A stretch of 64,000 nucleotides of DNA, taken from the NCBI RefSeq assembly GCF_036321535.1, contig NC_087437.1, forward strand, positions 22,880,001-22,944,000. Reading direction: 5' to 3'. Under the pieces are notes generated by a model. The model worked only from the letters and a program-made list of their open reading frames with translations. It made no database searches and was not told where the DNA came from. Made by a program: the position numbers and the translations under genes. Positions 53,389-64,000 of the stretch are shown here, in pieces; positions within the stretch are counted from its first letter, which is position 1; the number at the start of each line of letters is the position of its first letter. The stretch comes from Camelus dromedarius (Eukaryota).

Positions 53389-53868
53389 GTAGGAAAAACA
53401 AGGGTGAGAACTGAAGCCTTCTTTGTTTTTATCTTTTTGAAGCACTGTAAAATATATTTTCTTGGTTGATCTTTACCACAATACTCTGAGGAAAAGGAAC
53501 AATAGATAAATGTATTAATATCTGAATGATTTGCCCAACGTAATACAAATAATTAACAGCATGAAGAGTGGTAGAATAGTCTTTTGACTGTGTAAGGGCA
53601 TCTGTATTTTAAAAAAAGTAGATTGCATGATTAGAAATCAATATATAAATTTAAAAAATATTCTATTGATAAAATGACAAACTTAAGCCTGTTTACTTTT
53701 AAAATGAATTTAAGGATATTTAAAAAATCACTGTGTCCAACTTTATCTAACAATATACAACGTCTGTTCTCATTATTGATTACTTTTGATCTAGTTAGTA
53801 AGAATATTAATTTTTAATATAGTGAAATAGCCTTGTGCTATCACCTGAGCTGCTGAGCAATTTCTAAG

Positions 53869-54632
53869 TTTTTTTTTTTAATTTATTTATTGTAGTACAG
53901 TCAGTTTATAATGTTCAATTTCTGGTATACAGCATAATGTTTCAGTCATATATATGCATACATATATTGGTTTTCATGTTCTTTTTCATTATAGGTTATT
54001 ACAAGATATTGAATATAGTTCCCTGTGCTATACAGTAGGACCTTGTTGTTTGTCTGTTTTATAGATAGTAGTTGATATCTGCTAATCTTGAACTCCCAGT
54101 TTATCCCTTCCCACCCTCTTACCCCACTGGTGACTATAAGTTTGTTTTCTATGTCTGTGAGTCTGTTTCTATTTTGTAAATAAGTTCATTTGTGTCTTTT
54201 TTTTTTTTTTTTTTTTTAAGATACCACTTATGAGTAATGTCATACGGTATTTTTCTTTCTATTTCTGGCTTACTTCACTTAGAATAACAATCTCCAGGTT
54301 CATCCATGTTGGTGTAAATGGCATTATTTTATTCTTTTTTATGTCTGAGTAGTATTCCATTGTATAAATATACCATAATCTCTTTATCCAGTCATCTGTC
54401 AATGGGTATTTAGGTTATTTCTATGTCTTGGCTATTGTAAATAGTGCTGCTATGAACATTGGGGTGCATGTAAAAACTTAAATATAAGGCAAAACACTAT
54501 AAACCTCTTAGAAGAACACATAGGCAAAACATTTTCTAACATAAATCTTAGCAATGTTCTGCTAGGGCAGTCTACCCAAGCATAGAAATAAAAACAAAAC
54601 TAAACAAATAGCACCTAATTAAACTTATAAAA
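53869..54632 (-). mobile_element. L1 with a 5' inversion (minus-strand 3' part 53869-54472; plus-strand ORF2 piece 54471-54632)
   Basis: Poly-T, 3' UTR and ORF2 end up to ggggtgcatgta, then sense-strand ORF2 (KNLNIRQNTINLLEEHIGKTFS). Degenerate TSD tctaa.tt.tttt. Confidence 0.88.
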
Positions 54633-54699
54633 TCTAATTTCTTTTAATAAATGTCAGGAGCTTCTGGTCATTCAGGATCTTTTAGGCCATATCTGTGAA

Positions 54700-55700
54700 T
54701 CAGAAAATACCTTTTAACTTATGTATTTGCATTTATTTGTTTCTATATTCTTCACTGGTATAGTAAATGATTCAATAAGATCATCTTGATATAATACAAA
54801 ACAATAGAAATCAATTTTTTTTAGTTCTCAGATTATTTTGCGTTAGCCTCCCCTTCCCACCCCTTCCCCCATATATCATTATGGATTTATGGCTTTTCGA
54901 ATTTAAAGTATGGCAGTCAGTCTTGGCCAAATGTCTCCTTTTGATGCTCAGATTATCACAGCTTTGTGACTAATGGGAGCCCCATTTCAATTGGCTCTGG
55001 TGTAATTTTGACATGCTCTCATAAACTTTGAATGCCGTCTTGCTTTTTGGTCAATAAGTTGATCTTCGTTTGCCTTGTAACTTCCCAGTGCAGGCATGAC
55101 ATCAGGCATTTTTCCGAGAAACCTGGGGAAAGCAGTATCGGTGGCTGTAGAACCCAGTGCTAGGGTACGTTGTAGAAGTGACATTGCAGAGACAGGAAAC
55201 ATTTTTTGGAGGGTTTTGTTTTTTAAATTTTATAAAGAAATGAGGTAATCTTGCCTCATGGGCATATTTCCCATGAGTAGTTTCCAATCCCATTCTATCC
55301 ATAGAGTGTTCCTCCTTTAATTCTTGATTTTAAAATGTTACCTCCTTTCTTTCATACTCTATAACATATAGTATGCTATGTATATCTTATAGGAATCTAG
55401 ATACCTAATGCAGTCAACATAATTATTAACTATACTAGCTGCAGCTTCAGAGTAAAAATACAACATTAATACAAATAATAAAACTACTAGAATAACGTCC
55501 AGACATTTCTATGTATTTCCTTTTGTTTTTAAACTGCATTACTCAAAGGGTTTGCAGTCAAATTGCTTTGTTCTAGAACTTATATAGCTTTTGTGTAGCT
55601 ATAAAGTTCTGTGATGCATAGTTTAGTCCAGTTGTTTCCATTAGCTTTCATTTTGAGGGCCTTGGCATTTTATTAGCTGATAATCTAAATTCTTGAAACA
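54700..55700 (-). mobile_element. Old L1MC-like 3' UTR fragment
   Basis: tttgatgctcagatt.tc.cagcttt; gggagccccatttcaattggctct; atcaggcatttttccgagaaacc. Confidence 0.55.
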
Positions 55701-58700
55701 GGAAGCTTTTAGCTGCTAATCTTTTCGTGGTGGCTAGGAGAAAGAAAGGTCTGCTCTACTTGAGATAAAATAAAATGCAAATAGCTCAGTTTTCAAAATT
55801 CTGTATATTGTCTATAATATCATCATCCATAATAAAAACATAATTAAGCTATATATTAAAATATTACTAAGTATTACTGAATTTCTAGAATATCAGAATC
55901 TCTATATATACATTTTTATGTATTTAGTTATATATAATTTAAACTGTGGTAAATCATCTCCTGATCTTTTAAGTATTTAAATTTATTTTGCTTCCTCTTC
56001 TGAGCTACAAATTCTTTTTTATTTTACAGTATATAACATCCCCTTAAGAACTCAATATCTTATGACTTACATTGTTATATCAAGTTTACAATATATAAAA
56101 CCAAATCTCTCAATTAGGATCAGGTTGACCCAGTCAAAGTCTTCAGTTTTGCTCCAGGGTTATCAAAGGAATGTGTCATGTGTTGTAACCCATGTGATTA
56201 TCAAACAACAAAGCATGGATATATAGGCTTCTCAGGCTTTGCCTGGAATAAAAGGTCAAAAATACTTCACATATATTACTGATATCCTAAGTTTAATAAA
56301 GATTCTAATAAACACAGCCATTTTTCAGAAGCCTTTGGATGCAGATAAATATTATCTTAACATTTATGAATTTGGACTTCTAAAATCCAACTAAGAATGT
56401 TATAAATATATCAAGAACATATCCAAATAAAATGCAATTGATTTAAAAAATCTGGAAAATGTGGAAGATTGTATACTCAAGAAATTCAAGTGGAAACTTT
56501 TCCATGGGTTCACATAATTTTTAGATTATCTGTGTCCTGTTAGAATGATACTCAGAAAGAATACCCAGGTTTATAGTTATAATACATTTCAACTGCACTT
56601 CATTTCAAATGAAGGAAATGTCATGTGTTACATAAAACATTAGCTCTTCAGTTTTAGTGCAGAAATTCAAATTCTTGAATGAAAACAAATATGCTATGCC
56701 CAAGATTTCCAGTTTTATATCTCATAGTAATTGCTCTTGTAACTACAGAGTACAATATAAAATTGCATTCTTTGCAATTCATGTACACCAGTAGAAGTTT
56801 CATTATTACACAATGTTTTTAAAAATTATGGTTTCAGATTTAAAGATGTCAAAGTATAATACGTAGATGGTTAAAAATATGATTCTCATATAAATATAGA
56901 TGGAGTCAAAGGCATGGCATGTTCAACTCATTAAAGAGGAATCCAGTGGGATGGCAAAGCTGGATCAAAGGAGTATTCAAAACAAAGAATGCTGAAATCA
57001 GAGCACTAAATTAGGTGCAAAACAGGGCAAAAGAGCTTTAATTTGGGGGGTTGTATTTTCTATAGGGCAGACATCATTTACATCTCTACCGGATCAAAAT
57101 CGTTTGCAACTTACCAGTTTTCTGCAGGTTAATGGCTAACTTTACAGAGTTTGAACTTTAATGAACAGTAAATAGTAAGTCAAGCAAAGGGAATCGGCTG
57201 ACTCTTATGAGACAGTGTTCCAGGGAGACAGTGAGAGGACACACACTCTTCCTTTTGTTTTATCTCCATATATTAGATACATTTTTTTTTCTAACAGGGG
57301 CATTTAAAACTGCAGCAGCAACAACAACAAAACTCCCTCAAACTGGCAATGAGTGTTTTGGAAATAAAAATGAGATAAAATATGAATATTTTATTAAAGA
57401 AGAGGGAAGTAATCAAGTCACCTCTTGCCCAGGTTTCTAGAACTGAAATTACCACTATTTGCAGGTTTTAGGCTGATGTCCTTCCTCCCTTCCTCCCTCT
57501 CTTTTTGTTCACTTTCAGAGGCTGGCCTCAGGCTCAAGCCTAGAATCAGTTACTTGGCTTGTCACTGGCCTCTGTCAGACCAAAGATAACTTTTTCTTTT
57601 TTGAGCTTTAGATGATTCTTCTAGTAAACAAATAAGAATTATTTTATATATACTTTTATTTTTATACACAGACTTTCAGTGTCATCCTGTCTTCCTGGTT
57701 AAATAAATCAATGGTCATATTCAATCAAAATATTCTAATATAGATTCAACACATTTTATACATTTTAACCATATTCATTTAAAAATAGACGTTTTATACG
57801 GTAAATGTATTTGGAGTGCTCCTCAAGCAGACAGCTCTTAAGGTTCTTAAAAAGTTCTCAGCATCATTTGTAATTCAACAAGTTTATGTTTGTAACTATC
57901 CAAACAGGTTTTTATATATTTTTTAGGATATTATTTTTCATCTATGGATGGAAGAGAGATTACATTACAACCTAAAGCAGAGTTACTTGTAATTATACCT
58001 GTTTGCATTTCAACATCTACTCACTGCTTCCTGCTACACTAATACATTTTTTATTCTACTGTTCTTTGTAATGTTGGTCTACTTAAGGAGAGAGGTTATT
58101 TTGATCTACTTTCTATTATATAAAACTGAAGGAATGGGCAGCAGAGGAATTAATTTGCGAAAGATAAACTTATCCTGGGGATGAGTCTTTGTTCCATTTA
58201 TTGTAAGTGGAGCAGCCAACACTGGCCATTATTTCTAAGGTGTGACCTCCTCAGGGTTTAGGACTTCAGTATTATTGTTTTGAATATTTTATCTTGTACT
58301 GAAGTAACTGTACAGAAACTTTCCTGGCATCCCTGAGGACAGAAATCTAGAAGCTGGTGGGGGCTTAATGCATGGGTGATTATAAGCTGAAGAACGAAGT
58401 ACAAATGTTATTGAGGTTATTGGACAGTCCTTTATCAGTGGAGTTTCACAGGGGTCCATCTCTCCAAACATAGTCTGGTGGAGAGACCTGGGTGTGTACC
58501 TCCTCTGAATGAGGAGGGTTAGAATTTTTGCTCCTGGGGCCTTTTAATAGATAAATTTATAAGGCTTGTCCCCGAGTTCTTTCTCTGTTTCACCCTGTCT
58601 TTCTTCATTTCTCTTTCTGTGGGTGTACTTAGTAAGGTTTGCAGTCTCTCCTGATTATCTGATAGGGAGTCAATTAAAGTATGGCTTTTTTTTCTTTGTA

Positions 58701-59605
58701 TGCTTATTCTTCCCATAGATACCAGACTCCATCTGGCCAGGATGGAATTTTTCCATTAGAAAAAATTTTCAATTTTTTCTTAGATGATTCAAGTCATGAT
58801 GGTCCTGGAAGTCATCAAGGGGAATACTTTGGGTCATGGCTGGTAAACCAAATTATGCAGAGTCCATTTGGTTGAAGATAACTGAGCAGGGTGGGGCTTC
58901 AGCTTCCTGACTCTTGGACAAAAGAGTGTCCACAAAAAGTGAATCTTGCTTAGGGATGAAAACAGGATACCTAGAAAAAACGATTTATGGAAACTTTACA
59001 GAAAATATATTAAGTGGTAGGGAGGGATGACAGAGGACAGACAGAACAAGCAAACACAGAAGACAGGCTCAGGATGATTCATTCCTACCTGAAATAATGA
59101 AAGCTTTTTGAACTGAAAACTGCTCAGAGAAGTTTTCTGCAGATTTTCATGAGACTTTTTTGTATAGCCAGTCTACTCTTTTTCAGTATCTGTTCTTTTC
59201 CAGGTCAGGCCAAGATGATACCAAACTGTGGTGGGAAAAGACCAGCATCACACTGGTCACTCTGGAGGATGACATGATGGGTTAGTCATTTCAGCCAGAG
59301 TCCGGGGACTATCACACGATAATTTTTAACACACCGATTTAATAGAAGTTTTTCTTAAACTTCACATACACATTTGAAAAGAAACTCAAACATTTTGAAA
59401 ACAAGGGGCATCACAGTAGACAAAAATTTGAAATGAAAGGGAGTCAAGTGTTGCTTCAGAAGAACAAAGGAGAGTGTCCTGTCATGTAATATAGTCAAGG
59501 CAGTCTGCACCTTAAGAGTTTTTTTTTTGTTGTTGGAGTTTCCACCTCTTAGAATATAAGACATAATAAAGTTCTGTGGATTAAGAAGTGCTTCTTGTAT
59601 TATCT

Positions 59606-59790
59606 TCACTGATTGGCATCACTGATTGGCAGTGAGACCTTCGCTGAGTTCTGTAACCTCTCTGGCCTGTTTCTTCATCTGTGATGTGTAGCTCTGCACA
59701 CCTTACAGGGTTCAGAGAGACTGCATGAGTGTCTACATGCATGAAGCATAGAACAGTGCCTGACACACAGTAAGTGATCAACACATGTTA
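59606..59790 (+). mobile_element. MIR SINE
   Basis: gtgagacctt..taacctctctggcctgtttcttcatctgt..agaacagtgcctgacacacagtaagtg. Confidence 0.75.
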
Positions 59791-60809
59791 GGCCTTACTA
59801 CTTTGAAGGTTCACTCTGACATGGACACGAACCGTGTTCCACCATTCTAGCGGCCCAACATGAACTCTCGTGCGGTCAGGCCACGAGGGCAGCTGGGAGG
59901 TGGGGAGGACCCAGAACCCAATGGAGCAGTAGGCTTAGAGTGTAGCACTTGTAAGGGTGGTGGTGGCATCTGTGGAATCATTTAGTACAGGTAAACTCCA
60001 TTTATTTCACTCATGAAAATTATTTTCTAAACATCCTCTATGTTCATTAACAAAAGTCTGGTGCATATTTCAGTAATGACATTTGAAGGGCTTACAAGAC
60101 CTCTGTCATGTAGATTTCTGACTAGGGGTCTTCCAACCACTAACAAGCCACTTGAGGATATAGATTAAAGTTAATTTACACATCTATATCATACCATTTA
60201 TATTTTAAAATTACCACATAGATTCTATACACATAACTTGACCTTTCAGTAAGTATGGAGTAAAGTTTAAGACACAAATCAGTTCTGACCCCAAAACTAC
60301 CTGTTAGATTCCTCTGTCACCATAAATTATACTGGGATGTTAATAAGCAGGACCCACATTTAATATTTTTACCATTTCTCTCCTTACCAGTATAGCTGAA
60401 TTGATTTAACTTAGGCATTGGGGTGGTATTCATAAAGTAAAATATTACAGAAGATAGTTTACATGATAGGAAGTCAAACATGCAAACCCTATGAAGAAGT
60501 TTAAGTCTTATTATATCAAAGTTACAATTTTTCATATTGTGTGGAGAACTCTCTTAAAAGAAACGATTGAGGAAATATTGGAGAAAATTATGATGCGATG
60601 TGTATAGAAGTGTTCTTTTTCTGAGAAAGAGACTCTGAGTCTTGAGATGGCAACTTTGAAAATATAGAAGCATGAGTTCACAGAAGATGCTTCCTTGTTT
60701 TAAAGTAAATATGCCTTCACTTTATGAAGGTGAAACATGAGTGAAAAATCTGAAAGAAATTTAAATGAAAAAATAGTGATGCAAAAAATAGAGAATCAAA
60801 ACCTGAAAC

Positions 60810-61445
60810 ATTTTTAATATAATTTTATTTTAAAACAGTTTTATCTTTACTGAAAAAAAATGTGAAGATAGTACAGAGAGTTCCAATATGTCCCACACCC
60901 AAGTTTCCCCTGTCATTAACATTTACACTAGTATGGTATATTTGTTGTAATTAATGAGCCAATTTTCATAGATAACTATTAAGGAAAGTTCATTCGTTAT
61001 TCAGATTTCCTCAGTTTGTAATCTGATACCCCTCTTAGCTCTGGGATACTGTGTTATATTTAGTTATGTCTTCCTTAGGTTCCTCTTGGATGTGACAGAT
61101 TCTTTGACTTTCCTTGTTTTTGGTAACCTTGACAATTTTGAGTAGTGCAGTTCTGGATTTTGAAGAATGTCTCTCAATTTAGATTTGTCTGAAGTTTTTC
61201 TCCTGCATAGACTGGGGGTGTGGGGTTTTGAGAGGAAGACCACAGAGGTAAAGCGCCATTTTCATCACATCATATCAAGGGTACCTAGTGTTAGCGTGAG
61301 TGAATTATCACTGTTGAGACTGACCTTGATCATCTGGTTAAGGTAGTGTTTGTCAGGTTTCTTCACTATAAAATTATTTCCCCCCCTTTACATACTGTAC
61401 TCCTTGGAAAAAGTCATTATGCAGAGACTACATTTAAGAAATAAG
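60810..61445 (-). mobile_element. L1MC-type 3' UTR
   Basis: gaagatagtacagagagttcc; ccttgacaattttgagtagt; gaccttgatcatctgg.taaggtagtgtttgtcagg. Homologous to 20377-21000. Confidence 0.75.
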
Positions 61446-62686
61446 GAGAGAATCCTAAACTTTCAAAACTATAAAAGTAATGCAGAAGACCAGGGAAATG
61501 TACACACAGAAGTGCCTATGCACACTATCAAATAGCTGAATTTTTTCACTTATGAATTAATTATGAAAATATTTTCATGCCAAGAAGTGTTTCTCCAACA
61601 TGATGGCAACAGCTGCAGTTATCCCTTGGTGCTAATATACCATCATCCATTCAGCTGTCCACTGTTGGCTGCGTGAATGCAGACTCTTGGAACAGTAAAG
61701 CCGAAGGACACGGGAATGCGGTCCTCACAACCAAGGGCTTAGTGCAGGACGACTTGGGAGAAGGCTATACATTGTCATTATTTTTTGTGTGCTATGATGC
61801 AGAGAAGCTCACCTATTTCCGAATTCTATCCTCTACTTTTATGGGAAAACAAAAAAATAGAACAATAAGGTAACACATAGAGTTTATTTAATACATTTCG
61901 AGATGCTTCATACATGCAGAACAAATATAGGCTAATCTCCAATACTGTCAGAAAAATCATTTGAGACTTGGAAATAGGTAAAAGAGATTACTAGATCTTC
62001 TTTCATTGTAATGCTGGGCTTCTATTAACTGGGCCATTTACAACTCTGTGGGACAAAGGTTAACTTGTGGATTTATGTCAGGTAATATGCAAATAATTTC
62101 TGTCCAGTTAAACAGATAACCTCAGTTGTTGGTCAATTAACCAGTTTTAAATCTAACCCAATAAACTTATCCTAATATTTTCTTGTTAAATTGCCTACAT
62201 ATTACCATTTCAAATGTTCTTTGAACCGTTGAACCACTTTTGGCATCTTAACTGTTCTCTCATTAAGTAATAAGTTAAATAAAATCTTTAACGTGTATAT
62301 ATTTGCTTGAGAGTCCTTTTGAAATTATATTTTAACAATATTATATAATGAAGGTTGTTTATACTTACATATCAGCACTGCTGTAAGATCCTGAAAGGTG
62401 CTTTGATTATGATGTTTTAGGAGAATATTACTTGCTTTTCATGCAATTTCCTATGTAATCTAATAGCACAATATTATGTGACACATTCTAGTTTAATGAA
62501 TACTTATTCATTGAAAAACTGTCATACCTGATTGTATACTTAATCAGGATTTTTTATTTCCTGCATATTTGTGAAAATATGGTTTAGTACAATTAGAAAA
62601 TGGTGGAATAGACTCCAGATACTAAAATTAGGTAAAATTTGACAACATTGTTGGATCTGATTTTTATAGTGGGGTTTGGCTTTACT

Positions 62687-62908
62687 CAGGTGTTAGCAAA
62701 CTATGGTCCTTGGGTCAAATCAGGTCTGTCACTTGTTTTAGTTAATAAAGTTTTATTGGCTCCCTGCCATGTTCATTCTTCACTGTATGGTCTCTGGCTG
62801 CTTTTATGCTATAGTTGCAGAGTTGCGTAGTTGCAACAGAGACTGTTTCCTGCAAAGTGTAAAATATTTACTATCTGACTTCTAACAGAAAAAGTTTGTC
62901 AACTCTTG
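62687..62908 (+). mobile_element. MER58A-like hAT-Charlie MITE
   Basis: TIRs caggtgttagcaaact and agtttgtcaactcttg. Degenerate 8-bp TSD gctttact/actttacc. Confidence 0.82.
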
Positions 62909-64000
62909 ACTTTACCTCTTCTAGGTCAGGACTTTCCACTATTCTGGGGTAATGTTCTACTTTACTCAGATAGAGGACATTGAACTGCAAAATACTCTAT
63001 AATAGCAACAGCTATTTTTCTATTTTGCAGTGGAAATACTTAAAAAAAATCCTAATCCATCTCTAATATTTTGTTGATCAACATACATATTTATTACATT
63101 TATTAAACAAATTATTTGAATTTCCCATTTGTGATCTAGTTTTATGTAATCAAGCTTTCTAAAGTATTTGCATTATACTGTTGACAATTGATTCTGAGTC
63201 AGAAAATAGTTTAATAGTTTAGTTTGGCAAATAATTGCTTGCCTCGGGTGTCTAATGGCCTTTGCTGAGTGAGAAGTACAGAATATTTCTGTCATTTTAT
63301 CCTAGGCCCACTTTCTGATGAAGTGATATAAAGTAATACACTTTTATTAATATTTCTAAAGCTGCATTTTGGTAAGTGTGTTTTTAAACAGAAGAGACCA
63401 GATTTCATGTTAGTGCAAGAATAAAGGAGAAATACATGTTTTCACTTACTGCATATAGGACAGCTTTTATTTCATGAATTGATAATTTTCAGAATGGAAA
63501 ACTTTGGGCATTATATAATTAAGAGAAGGCAATTTCAGAATATGCCAGGTCTTTAAAATCCAGGTAGTACGGATGGTAGCTTGATTAGTTTCCAAACTCA
63601 CTAAGTCAACCTCTGTCTACAGTTCTTTCTTCCAATGTTTTTGTTTTGTTTTGTTTTAAGTCCTAAGTGGCTCTGTTGGCTCCTGTCCTTTAGTCTATTG
63701 AAATGTTCCCATTCTCAGTTCTGGGCTATGTGCCTTTTCAACAGATGCTCTCTGAGGATTTCCTGGGGGCCAAGAGGTTGAGTGGTGTTTACAGATAAAG
63801 TAAACAAGAGCATAAAGGGAAAGGACCTTGCTGTACAATCTTTCTTTCTGTCTGACCAGACCCTGAGCATGACAGACACCTCACAGGCACTTATTAAGGA
63901 TGATGGAGGGCACCTACAGACAACTCGTGCTTGTCAGAGGCTGCTCCTGACTCTGTGATTCTGTTTCCCAGCTGCTACGCAATCACCAAGGCTGCAGGCT

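Noticed and set aside
59606..59631. 13-bp tandem duplication tcactgattggca giving two CCAAT words
   Set aside because: A simple slippage duplication at the start of a MIR, with no other support for function.

Overview
AT-rich mammalian genomic DNA, probably from a camelid (a Vic-1-like tRNA-derived SINE at ~35.2 kb, plus cetartiodactyl-type L1 3' ends). The first ~11.4 kb holds the 3' part of DIPK2A (C3orf58/DIA1) on the + strand: the end of an upstream intron, a 304-bp coding exon (5350-5653), the terminal coding exon (8553-8884) and a ~2.5-kb 3' UTR with several poly(A) signals. The remaining ~52 kb is intergenic and rich in decayed transposons (L1, L2, MIR, MaLR/ERV LTRs, MER58, Tigger) and microsatellites. 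All other listed ORFs look spurious or transposon-derived. I found no convincing novel multi-gene system. The most notable structures are a twin-primed (5'-inverted) L1, an L1 primed internally and lacking its 3' terminus, an L1 with an interrupted tail, two perfect 17-19 bp inverted repeats with micro-tandem loops, nested LTR insertions, and a double NF-Y/CCAAT motif. Repeat family names were assigned from memory of consensus sequences and need confirmation with RepeatMasker/Dfam.
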